A DNA stretch of 58,493 nucleotides, counting the filler, from Jimgerdemannia flammicorona (lineage: Eukaryota): NCBI GenBank assembly GCA_003990765.1. It is 3 parts of 3 records of this genome, joined end to end, with 100 filler letters (N's around TTAATTAATTAA, not from the genome) between each part and the next. Parts side by side here need not be neighbours in the genome. Positions count along the whole stretch, not along the records: positions 39,070 to 58,493 come from RBNJ01001941.1; 2 more parts are not named here. One strand, written 5' to 3'. Made by a program: the position numbers and the translations under genes. The notes beneath the pieces are model-generated. The model saw nothing but the letters and a program-made list of their open reading frames with translations, ran no database searches and was not told the origin of the DNA. This document shows positions 46,800-58,493 of the stretch, piece after piece (within the stretch, counting starts at the first letter, position 1; each line of letters opens with the position of its first letter).

Positions 46800-49700
46800 C
46801 CCACAACAACTACCCTGACTACAAGAGTCACCCCTGTAAGAATTCAAGATAAGATAGAAATATATCTCCCTACATTCTATAGATATACTACTGAAGAGTC
46901 AATTCTGATCTTTATTGAAGACTTTGAACAATTTGCTGCCATACAAGCTCTTGGTGTAGATGCACAATTGGCTTTTCTACTAGTCAGTCTCAGAGGACCT
47001 GCCAGAGACAAGTTCAATGCAACTACTATTGCTGATAATGGTGCAGCCAAACTTGCCAACATGAAGGCCTTCTTCAGAACAATATACTATACTGAAGAGA
47101 TCAAGCAAGCTCTCAAGGATCAATTCAATACTATCTGCCAGGAACTTAGTAAAGATCCCAACTTATTCTATACCTGAATCTGTCACCAGATTATCTTGGC
47201 TGACTATGATGATGCCCTCAAAGAACAAATAACAGATTCAACCTTCCTCAAAGGAGTTTATCCTGAAATTGCTCTAGCAATCTGATCTACCCCAGCTGTA
47301 CTGACCCTTGATCAGAAAGTGGTCTTTGCACAGAGATATTGGACTGCCAGACACCCTGTCAAACACTCAATGGAGAAAATAACTGGTATTAAGATGGAGC
47401 CATCAAAGCCAACTAGTATCATACCTGTCATAGTTGTAAACAGACAACCATCTCCACCTACCCCCAAGGTAGCCAAAGCTGACCCAGTGGAGGAACTCAT
47501 CAAGCAGTTTGCTGAGATGACTGCACACCTTGGTGATGTTGTTAGAGAAGTCCAAAGTGCCAACAGGAGACCAGTGCAGAGATTTTCAGCTACTACAGAA
47601 GAATGCAATATCACATACTTCAGATATAGAGAAGAAGGCCACTATGCAAAGAATTGTATGACTGAAACAAGACACAAAGCTCAACCAAGCAATACTAGCA
47701 GAACCAGAGAACAAACTAATACAGTAGTCATTGAGGAGATTGGTGATACTGATAATGAAGAATACTATGAGGAGCTTCAATTCTACTCTACTACTGAAGG
47801 TACCAGAACCTGGTCCAAGCCCTATGACAAGAAGAGCAACAGCAAGTCAGTTGGAAGACCAAAGAAGACCCTAGCTGTAACTATTCAAAGCAAGACCCAA
47901 CCCAAGAAGATTGATCAAGATATGGAGTTAGATTAAGCTGCTTGCCAAATAATAGAAGATACTATTTCAGTCTTAGGAGAAAATGAAAGCAAGAAGAAAC
48001 AGAAGCTGTGCAAGACCAAGATCCACTAGTATGATATCTACAAAGATCTTAAGGAACAGAAGGTCAATACTACTTTTAGACAACTAGCTGAAGTCCCTGC
48101 CTTCAGACAGCAGTTGAGAGTAGGACTTACAACTACTGCCAAGAATCAAGAGTATAAGATTGTAGAAGCTCACAATGTACAAAAAGAATCTGAAAACTCA
48201 GGTGAAGAATCCAAAGACCAGTGCAAGACATCAGCCTATACCCCATATTAGATTGAAGACTGTATCTTTGATGCCATCATTGATACCAGTGCTAAAGGAT
48301 ACCTTATGAGCAAGAAGGCAATTGACTGTCTAGATTGAGATATTGAAGAGTCCACCAAGATGATCTATGTTACAGCAGATGGTACATGAGCTATCCCCCT
48401 TAACAAAATCTGAGAAGTCCCATCAAGATAGAAGGAGCTACTATCCCAGTAGATGTGATTATTACAAGTACTACCAACTATGACATTCTCATTGGCAATC
48501 AATGGCTTCACAAGGCCAAGACCATCATTGACCTCAATGCCCAGAAGATGCAGATCAACTATAGAGGAAGAAAGGTACAAGTCTCTATCAATGTCCATAA
48601 AGGAGTTCTACCAGACATAGAGGAAGGAGATGAAGAGAACACAGAGGTCTTCATGCACTTGGTGAATAAGAACAAGAACAAGACACCCAAGCTCTCAGAT
48701 GAGCAGTAGTATAACAAGATCATCAATGACTATGCCCCTCAAGGAAGATGCCCCCATGGTACTAGAATGTACTGCTCTGAACACCTGAATGACTGCTGGT
48801 CCTGTATCAGTGAAGTCAAGAAAATCTGCCAACAGAAACATGAGCAAGAAGCTGCCAAAGCAAAAAGGAAAGCCAAAGAAGATGATCAGCCTCTTGAGCT
48901 TCAGGCTGACAGTAACAATGAGAAGGAATAAGAATCAGATATTACCCTCAAGGTCAAGAAGTTTCACCCTAAATACAAAACTGAAAGAGCCATAGAAATG
49001 GACCTTGCTAGCATTCAAGATACTACCCTTGAACCACAGACCACCACCCTACTTAGCACTGGAATTGGAGTCAAGTTGCCAGAGAACTATGCTGGAATTA
49101 TCAAGACCAGGAGCAGTCTGGCCAAAAGTAAAATCTCAGTTAAAGGAGGAGTAATTGACCCTGATTACACTGGTGAGATCTTTCTTATAGTCAGGAATCA
49201 CAACTCCACCACCCCATTTGAAGTTAAGAAGCATAACAGGATTGGCCAGATGCTGATCTATGAAATCAAGAAACTCAAGATCACTGAAGCCATCAAACTC
49301 ATCAAGACCAAGAGAGAAGAACAAGGCTTTAGATCTACTGAAAGAGGAGTCTATGCCATTACTAAGATTACTAAACTTGAATACAAGAAAGACAAGGACC
49401 AGAATAAGCACACATATACTATTGAAGAAAACTTTCCTCTGGAAGAACAACTTCTCAAGATCCTGCACCAGAATGAAGGAGTACTTGCTACAGACTTCAG
49501 AGATATCCACAATCAAGAACCCAAGTACTACCACAAAGTTGATACTGGTGATACTAAGCCCATCTACCAGAAAGCCAGACCCATACCACCTGTCTACAGA
49601 GAATGGCTGCGAGCAGAACTCAAGGAAATGGAAGAAGCTGGAATCATCAAGCAAGCTATCAGTCTCTGGGCTTCACCCATTGTCCTCACCCCAAAGAAAG

Positions 49701-52051
49701 AAAGCAAGTCTGGAGAGTTTGCACCAAGACTCTGCATTGACTACAGAAAGCTCAATGCCATCACCAAGAAGGATAGGCAGCTCTTGCCAAATATTTAAGA
49801 AATCCTTACCACTCTTGGAAGTGAAGCCAAATACTACACCACCTTGGATCTGTTCTCAGGCTTTCATCAGATTGGTCTCACTTAAGATGCCAGTGAGAAA
49901 TTAGCTTTCATCACATCTGATGCCACCTATATCTACCTGCAAATATCATTTAGAATGTGCAATGCCCTAGCAAGTTTTTAGCAAATGATGAACAGAGTCT
50001 TCAGCAATGAAATCAGAAAATGGCTCTTTGTCTATATTGATAATGTGATCATCTTCAGCAATACTATATAGAAATATATCAATCATATACAGCTAGCCCT
50101 CAAGAAGCTCAAGGAGCATGGCCTCTACATCAAGTCCAAGAAATGTAAGTTTGCAGCTCAAGAAATCACCTACCTAGGATACCTCATCAACCAGACCAGA
50201 ATCCATACAGACCCTATGAAGATTGAGGCTGTTGCAGTCTACCCAAGACCCAGAACAACCACAGAAGTCCATGCCTTCCTTGGACTGGCCAGTTACTATA
50301 GAAGATTTATCAAAGGATACTTCAATATTGCAGCACCTATCTATGAGCTACTGAAGAAGGAAACTAAATTCAAATAGACCAAGGAGTACTAAGAAACCTT
50401 CAATGAACTCAAGATCAGGTTGACCCAAGTACTTATCCTCAGAAGACCAGATTGGAACCTAGAATTCATCCTGCAGACAGATGCAAGTACTATAGGACTT
50501 GGAGCAGTCCTAGCTCAGAAGAAAGATGGACATGAATATATTATCTCCTATGCAAGCCAAGGTACCTGTAGAGTAGAACAGAACTACAAGTCATACAAGC
50601 TTGAATACTTAGCAGTAGTTTGGGCAGTAGATAAGTTCTACTACTACCTAGCTAGAAAACACTTCACCATTCAAACAGACCATTCTGCTCTTGTCTGGCT
50701 ATTCCACACTCTGAACCCTAAAGGAATATATACCAGATAGATCTACAGGCTACAAGAGTATGCCTATACTGTCAAGCACTGCTCAGAAAGAGCCAACACC
50801 AATGCTGATACACTCTCAAGAACACTCTGAAACACTTCCATCAAGACTATTTAACATGAATAAGGAGCTATACTATGGATTAATCAGCTACCTTGGGCAG
50901 CAGAAGATGCCCAACCACCTCAAACCCTGGACAATCACCATCATCAACTGGACTTGGAAACAGTTTGAACTAGACAATACTATACTCAGAAAAGGAGGAA
51001 AGCTAGTAATATCTGAACACAAAAAGTATCAAGTAATGAAGGAAGTACATGAGCAAGGATACTTAGGAGGAACTAATACATATAACAAGGTGAGAAGAAC
51101 CATGTGGTGGCCTAAGATAGAAGAAGACCTGTGCCAATTTGTCAAAGGATGTGACAAGTGCCAAAAACAGAAACAAGATCAGTAAGACCAGGCACCCAGG
51201 TCATCAAGAATCAAGCCTATCTCCTTCCACCACATTGTAATGGATATCATTGGGCCACTACCAGTAATATTATCAGGAAACTGCTATATTATAGTTATTG
51301 TAGACCTCTTTACCAAATGGATAGAAGCAGGAGCATTATAAGAAGCCAATGCCCTCTCTATAGCTGACTTCCTGCACTGAGAAATCATCTGCTACTATAA
51401 GACACCAAAGCAAATCACAACAGACTATGATACAGAATTTGTCAATAGATTCTATAAGATAATATATCAGAAATACAAGATCCAGCACATCAAGACCACT
51501 GCATACCACCCTCAAGGAAATGGACAGATAGAAAGAACCAACAAGACCCTCAAGAACATCCTGGTGAAAATCTCAGAGACATATGAGAATTGGGATAACT
51601 ATCTCCCAACCACCCTCTCTATCCTATGAGATATATAATCACAGAGTATACACTTTATCCCAAGAGAACTGCTCTTCAGAAAAGAAGATTCTGATGGAAC
51701 CTCAGCTACAAATCTAGACCTAACTTAGAGATGAGTTGATGCAGAAATCTGGAGACTATACCAAATCAGAAAGAAGGCTGAAGATTATATCACCAAGTTA
51801 CAAGTACTAATAAGGAAGAATGCAGAAAAGAATCACAAGACCCTAGAACCCATCCAAATTGGAGAAAAGGTCCTACTGTATCAAAATATGGTAGAAGCCT
51901 CATGGTTATGAAAACTGGAGCCCAAATGAGAAGAACTCTTCTATGTATAAAATATCAAGAAAACTATCTTTTGGCTTAGAAAAATCTCAGAGATCATATT
52001 GCCTACCACAGTATATAGGAACAGACTCAAGAAGTACTACAAACCTATATA
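46800..52051 (+). pseudogene. gag-pol polyprotein of element B (gag-PR-dUTPase-RT-RNase H-integrase), disrupted; start approximate
   Basis: Zinc-knuckle relic ITYFRYREEGHYAKNC; protease AIIDTSAKG (~48280); RT WASPIVL, LCIDYRKLN, VYIDNV; RNase H ILQTDASTIGLGAVL; integrase HEQGYLG..CDKC, MDIIGPLP, TTAYHPQGNGQIERTNKTL. Gag and protease read in one frame. Confidence 0.93.
48940..49348 (+). pseudogene. dUTPase domain of element B, between protease and RT
   Basis: MDLAS (motif I), STGIGVKLPENYAGIIKTRSSLA (II), GGVIDPDYTGEI (III), NRIGQML (IV) and REEQGFRST (V), in frame with RT in ORF 48998-49798. Confidence 0.95.
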
Positions 52052-52406
52052 AGAGAAGTAAAATGTGATGGCCACCCACAAGGTTCTAGTCTGCAAATTA
52101 TAACAGCATGTCCTGTGACCAGCAGGCTATCTGTCTGGACTATTCTCTAAGAGATATGGTACCAGCAACTACTCATCCATGAGACTTTTAAAGCCAGAGG
52201 AGTTTGAACTATCAACTGATTGGTCAAGATCAGAATCAGGCCCTTGCTCTATATGAAGGGAGCAACTCTTCACCATCATACCAAAATATAAAGAGAAGAC
52301 ACCAGTTCATAAATATCCTTTGCCAGAGGTTATGAGATCAGCAAATGTTTCAGAACCAGACCAATGAATAAGGATGCTCAAGAAGATCCTTATTCAGGAG
52401 GAAGAT

Positions 52407-52620
52407 GTAATGGTGACTCCAGAATGATGACATCAGCACAAGAGATAGTCTTTCCTTATAAGCCACCAGATCAGAGCACAAGAAGATTATATGGCATATG
52501 CGATAAGTAATGATAACCAACTATAAGTCACTGTGACCACAGTACAAGCATCTTGAGAAATATAAAAGAAGGATCAAGGAACTACAGTAACAGCAACCAA
52601 CAAGACTCATCAATCCCACA
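52407..52620 (+). repeat. 3' LTR of element B, 5' portion only
   Basis: Aligns to 45107-45320, preceded by the polypurine tract, and ends at the LINE 5' end. Confidence 0.92.
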
Positions 52621-52626
52621 GGCCAT

Positions 52627-55600
52627 ATCTTTCTCCGGTAACATTCAGGTTACACAACCCTTTGGCAACACTTTCAACACAGTTTCTGGAGAAAAGCTAC
52701 TAGTATCATGGCGACCAATGAGCATCCGGAGGTGCATACTGGGCAGGGTGGCCCTGGAGCATTTGAATGGCAGCAAGTGGGGAGAGGCCCCGGCTTGGGG
52801 GGAAGTATGAGGGGCCTGCTGGCAGGGGGCTGTGGTGGAAGAGGGGGCAGAGCTGGAGGTCAAGGGTCTGGCAGGGTGAGCTTTGCAGAGAAGGTGAAGG
52901 GGGGTCGGCAGAGAGCTGGACTAGAGAGCTGGCTGAGAGGGAGGAAGGTACCAGTGGTAGCTTCCAGGCAGCAACCTCTTGGGGGTGCCTCTCTGGAGGG
53001 CCATAGGAGTGGAGCTGGGGGGGTAGCGGCTGGGGCAGGGACTGCTGATGGGGGTGTGACGAGTGATCTGGAAAAAAATCTAGATGGGACTGCTGATGGT
53101 GAGCCGAGCAGTGGGAAGGGCATGAGGCCCGGGGACCTGGTGGATGGTGTAACAGGACTGGCGGTGGCTCTGTTACTCAAGAAGTCAATCTCGGTATTCG
53201 CAGTCACACTGTGCTTCCAGGGCTTAGCAGTGATGGCGAAAATGGTGTTGGGGCTTATCACTAAGCAGGTGGTGGGAGTGGCTTCGGTGAAGTTTCTGAA
53301 GGGACTGGAGGGGGTGGAGGTGGGATTTGAGGAGGTGGAACCGCTGGAGGAGGCACTGAAGGTTGGATTAGTGGTTGGGGAGGTGTGCATTCCGATGGCG
53401 AGGTGTTTGAAATGGGATCTGAGGGTGGTCCAACTGCTGGTGAAAGGAGTACCCATGGTGACGGTGATGGAGACAAGGAAGAGAGTGGAGGATGTCATGG
53501 TGGAGTATGGAGAGGTGGTGGATATCGGATTCAGGGTCTGGGAAGGGACCACACTCAGGACTGGGGATGTGGATGTGAGGATTCAGCTGGCTGGGAAAGA
53601 GGCTACCAGGAAGACGAGGGACTGGCCTTTGGTGTTGGTATGGGGGGCTTTCCTGTACAAGGTGACACAGGTGAAAGGAAGTGAAGAAGAGAAGGAAGAT
53701 TTATTGGAAGCGCTGGAGGAGCTGGATGGGGCTGTGGAATGGTGAGCTAAGGCCTGGAAGATTTTCGAGGAGTCAATGCTCCTGGAGGTGGTGGATGGAA
53801 AGAGGATGCAAGTGGACAAGGTGCAATGGGAAAGGGCTCAGGGGCGGAAGAGGCAGAAGGATTTGCTGGCTAAGCTGGGGGGTGGACCACAGAAGGATGC
53901 GAGCATGAAGACGGGTACAGAAGGGGCTGGAGCAAGTGTCTGGGCTGGTGAGCAGAGTGGGAATGAAGGGGCAGGGTCAGGGAAGGCTAAGGAGGTGAAG
54001 ACTAGAGACCTATATGCTGATGGCACCTTGGAGGTTTGGGATGATGGCTGGGAGAACTCCCCCACCCCTTCCCCTCTAATCAGGTGTGGCCCGGCTTCCA
54101 GGAACAAGCCTGGGGAGGATGTGACGATGCTGGGGACCCAGCAGGTGAAATTCAGCATTCCGGAGGTGTTGGATGGGGACCAAGTAGTGGCGGCAGGGGA
54201 GGAGGAACTGGTGGATGTCCCAGAGGTGTGGGATGAGGACATGAGTGCGGGAGTGGACACCACAATGCTGGATGGAGAGAGGCCGGCGACCCCTGGTGGA
54301 AAGGAGGTGGGGAACCTACTTTGGATGTGCTGGATGATAAATAACCTGGTGGCAGAAGAGCTGGGGGAGGTGGACTTGCATGGGATGGGTGACGAGCACT
54401 GGACAAGAATTTTGCAGGGAGAAGGAGTGGCGATGGCACTGAAGGCAGAAATTCTTGTGGTGTATCTGGAGGAGGAAGGGTATGAGGTGGATAAGGAGAG
54501 GGAGGCAGAGTTGGTAGTGGTCGCTGGGGAGAAGGCTGAGTACTGTTGGAACAGGCGTCATGGGTTGCAGCTTTTGGCAGGAGGCTTGCATCGAGTACCA
54601 AGAGGAGTTTGAGGAGAAGGCTGATGAGGAGATGAATGAGCTGTTGGCTGGACTGGAGGCTCAGAGGACTGAAGAGGAGGAGGTGATGGCGGAATATAAT
54701 CTGGACATAGCACAGGAGGAGAGGGGCATAGAGTAGTAGGAATTGATTGAGAACAAACTGTATTTTATTATGAACAGTACAACCAACATTTTTTCTTTGA
54801 ACATGAATGGGCTAAGGGGCACAGTTAGACACAGGAACATTTTTATTTGGTTGAAGGGATTGGAGGCTGATCTCTTCCTCTTGCAGGATGTCAGGTGCAA
54901 GGATGATGCTGATAGGATGGAATGGACTAAGGAATGGGGTAGTATGGCGATTTGGAACAGCAAGGTTGGGATTCTGGTTCGGAAAGGCAGAGGGGAGATA
55001 AAGGATGTGAGGAGCTGGGGAGAGAGACTGGTCTGGGGTGAGTGGATTTGAGCAGGTTGGGAGCCGGTCACAGTTGGCTCCTGTTACTGCCCTGCGGTGC
55101 AGGGGGAGCATGTGGATTGGGTGAAAGGGCTCCTGGAGAGTGGGATCCTTGCTGAAGCTGGGTTGGATATGCTTGGAGGAGATTTCAATATGGTTCGAGA
55201 GGTACGGCTGGATAGAACTGATGGAGGATGGGGTGTGGAGAGCAGGAGTGGGGGGTTAGCAACGTGGGAGGAGGTTGAAAGGCTAGGAGCACTGGTGGAT
55301 GCTGGTAGGGAGCACTGGGGGGACAGGAGAGTATATACGCATTGGGCTGGAGGTCTGGGGACAAGGATTGACTGGATTCTGATGGCTGACTGTTGGGGCC
55401 ACGATGTCTGGAAGGTGATAGAGGTAGAATGGTGTCCGTGGTCGGATCACTAGGGCCTCTTGAGACAGGGGTGTTTTGGGGGAAGTAGAGATGGGCCTGG
55501 GCATTGGCGCCTGAATTCCTCCTTGTTAGATGATGAGGTCTGGTGGGAGAAGTGGGCGAAAGACATTCAGCTGAAGGTGGCGAATTGGTGGCAGGAAGGG

Positions 55601-58493
55601 GCCGCGATTGGGGTTTGGTGGATGAGGATGAAAGAGATGGCCAGGATGTATTGGAGCGAGGTTGGCAGAGTGGCTGGGAAGCAGCGAAGGCAGAAAGTGC
55701 ATTGGGCTTCTACTAGATTGGCTAGGCTCCTGGAGGAGTGGGCGAGACTGGCAGCAGTGGAGGGAGACGAGGATTGGAGAATAACAAGGGTGAGGATGGA
55801 GGTTGGGGAACTGCAACAGGTGCTGCGGGAAGAGGAAGAGTCAAGGGTGCAAGGCCTGGTGGCACAGCTTCATTGGTAGAGGGTGGAGGAAGGGGAGAGG
55901 CCTTCTAAGTTTCTCACAAGGACACTTCGAGCGAGAAGGGTACAGCAGTGGTGGGAAGGGGTACTTGACTCGGATGATGTACTAGTGTATGGTGTACAGG
56001 ACATCCTTGGAATCCTGAAGGCGCGATGGAGTGGATTGTGGAGTGAGGAGGAGGGTGGGGCAGATGCTACAGCCATTGACCAAATATTAGAAGATTGGCA
56101 CCCACCATAAGCTGAGGGACTAGATGACCTGGTGATGCCTGTAAAGGAGGACAAGATCCACCAGGTTCTTGCCGTGACAGCCTTGGGTACGGCGCCTGGG
56201 GAGGATGGCCTCCTCTGGGATTTCTGGAAGTGAATGGTTGGAGTCCCGGGCATATTGGGGGAGTTGACAGTACTGTGTGACTCTATATTGCAGTCAGGGA
56301 GATGGGTGGGGGAGCAAGACCTTGGGCTGGTGACACTGCTTTATAAGAACAAGGGAAGGCGAGAGGATTGGAAGAACTGGTGGCCGATAATGTTGCTAGA
56401 TATGGGCAGGAAGTTGGTGACTAAGGTGGTGGTTGCAAGGCTACAGAAGATGGCCCAGCAAATTGTGGGTGGTGAACAGAGGGGCTTCATAGGGGGTCAG
56501 CTCATTAGAGATGGCATGGCCTGGGTACATGGAGTTATTGAAGGTGCTCAAGCCTGTGGACTAGATGGGCATCTTGTCTTCTTGGATCAGGAGAAGGCTT
56601 ATGACCAGGTACAGTGAGTCTGGCTGGCAAAAGTTTTAGATAGAATTGGAGTTCCGGCCCCATTTCGGGTGGCGATGGTCAGCCTACTGGAAAGGAGTAG
56701 GGCTGTGCTCGTGTGCAATGGGCATCGAGGGGTGGCTTTCCCTCTGGGTAGGGGAGTGCCCCAGGGGGACCCACTGTCCCCCATTTTGTATGCTCTTTCC
56801 TTGGAACCTCTCATAGACAGGATTTGGTGGAGGATCATGGGGCTCTCTATCTATGGAGTTGGCTGGAAGGTTGGAGCCTTTGCGGATGACATGGTGGTTG
56901 GTTTGGGAGTGACTGCGGATGTCAAGGAGCTCCAGAAGACAGTGGAGTGGTATGAGGAGAACTCTGGGGTGAAGCTGAATTGGCACATGTGCGAAACAAT
57001 GGTGCTGGGCAATGGCTTGGTGGGCGAAGAAGTTATTGGAACAATTGTCTCCACCGGAGAGGCAGTGTGGTACTTGGGTATCTATTTGTCGCTCTATGGG
57101 TCTGTTTTGCCCAGGCTGTGGTGGGAGCAGAGGATTGGAATTTGGGAGGAGGACCTGTGGGGTTGGGGGGGTAGACACTTCTCTCTGGCAGGAAGGATCT
57201 TGATTTTGAATGTTTACTGGCTGCTGAAGCTGTGGTATTTGGCCTATCATCTGGACTTCCTAGCCTGGGTGGTGAAGAGATTGGTGAAGGTGGCCAAGGG
57301 ATGGATTTGGGCTGGCAGACGGAGTCAGATTGGTTGGGAGACTCTGTCCCTACTGGTGGCAAGAGGTGGTCTTGGGTTGGTGGACTTCCCCAAAAGACTA
57401 CACTGCTTACGGGCTTAGTGGCTGAGGAGGGTGGTGGAGTTGCATGGCAGGGGCTGGGTCCCCTTGCTGCAGAAGATATGAGAGAGGAGGACATCACCTA
57501 GAGGCTTGACTGGGGATCTTCTTTCATTAGTTGGGCTTCAGAACACTGCGCAACTGAGATATAAAGACTTCTGGTAGGGTATAGCTGAGGGGGCACACCA
57601 CATTGGTATTCGCTGGCGAGAGGATGAGGGGGAGAGGGCTTGGGGCCCGGCGATGTGGAGATGGAATAGCATTCTTCTGGGAGGCATGCCTTTACTGGAG
57701 TTCAATATTAGCAATGGTATCGAATGCCAAAGGGGACCAGGCTAGGATCTGTGGTCTAGTGGTTGGCAAGGAGTTGGAATTGGTGAGGAGTGGGACTGGC
57801 ATGGAGTTTGGACCTGGAGTGCCGCAGTGAAAAATTGGATGCCGCCAAAGTACTGGATAGTCTGGTGGCATATGCTGAGGAGGAATGTGATGCTTAACTT
57901 TTGCTCAGGACACCTTGTTGTCAGGGGCTGCTTTGACTGCGAGGAGTGCCATAATGTAGGGCAGGAAGGGGGATTGGTACAGATGCTGGAACATTGGCTA
58001 GGGGAGTGTGAGGTGTTGGGAGACTTTTGGCAGGCTATTGGAGACTGCTTGGGGGTAAGGCGTAGGAGTGATGATGCACAGGGGAGGTGGGAGGACCTGA
58101 GGGATCGATTGATAGGAGGGGTAGGGGAAGAGTAGATTATGCTTGGCTGGGCATTAGCTATTTAGATTGGGCTGGCTGGCCACTGGCTATTTGTATTTAA
58201 GGAGGAGAAGCGACAGAGCTTGGGGAGCTATTTAGCAAGGTAGCAGTTCCTTATGGAGGATACCTTGACAGGCTGGTGGCTTGGTTGGGGGCTGCAGGGG
58301 GGTTGGAGGCACCACTTGGTGGTGAAAATCTGTGATCAGAGTGGTGGGAGAGTTGGAGTTGTTGGTGAGAGGATGGTCTTTATATGTGAAGAGGTGGGGT
58401 GGGGCCCCCCGATGGGGATCGGTTAGTGGGTGGTGATATTGTATACTTATTCATAGACTGGTAATAAAGATGGAGTCCAAGGGACTATAAAAA
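52627..58493 (+). mobile_element. Full-length L1/Tx1-like LINE, copy 4 (subfamily alpha)
   Basis: 5' end atctttctccggtaacattcaggttacacaacc as in copy 1. ORF1 at 52708-~54739. ORF2 at 54770-58426 with GGDFN, TRID, SDH, AFADD and CEEC..HWLGEC. AATAAA and the start of poly(A) at the window end. Confidence 0.95.

Larger units (their letters stand above)
45107..52620 (+). mobile_element. Ty3/gypsy LTR retrotransposon (element B), 3' LTR interrupted by LINE copy 4
   Basis: 5' LTR tgtaaca..tgtgaca at 45107-46733, candidate PBS tggtaccc at 46737, gag-pol relic, PPT aggaggaaga at 52397-52406, and a 3' LTR starting tgtaatggtgactccagaatg at 52407. Confidence 0.95.

Noticed and set aside
52052..52396. 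Possible extra (env-like) ORF between the integrase and PPT of element B
   Set aside because: Only ~345 nt, with stops in all three forward frames, no recognisable motif and no second copy to reconstruct from.

Overview
Eukaryotic, probably fungal, repeat-dominated region. Spliceosomal GT-AG introns, a U6 snRNA copy and a chromovirus support this; an early-diverging fungus such as Mucoromycota is only a guess. Two N-TTAATTAATTAA-N linkers (19437-19536, 38970-39069) split the window, so adjacency across them is unproven. Host-like DNA is confined to about 1-4 kb and 11.8-19.4 kb: a ubiquitin-domain/Cys-rich pseudogene, a tandem array of divergent Rho GTPase genes or pseudogenes, and an orphan decayed ORF. 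The rest is nested transposons with heavy C>T/G>A decay. There are four L1/Tx1-like LINEs (two subfamilies, all with intact 5' ends), a minus-strand chromovirus (gag-dUTPase-PR-RT-RH-IN-chromo), and a second Ty3/gypsy element (gag-PR-Cys/His module-dUTPase-RT-RH-IN). The 1.6-kb LTR of the second element contains its own ~281-codon ORF, also seen in an inverted solo LTR. A third LTR family, a hAT transposon fragment and a MITE with the same termini are also present. Highlights: the LTR-encoded ORF, dUTPase at two different positions in two gypsy lineages, and a tailless U6 snRNA retrocopy with a 20-bp target-site duplication inside a LINE inside an LTR element. All alignments and translations were done by eye; no database searches were run.
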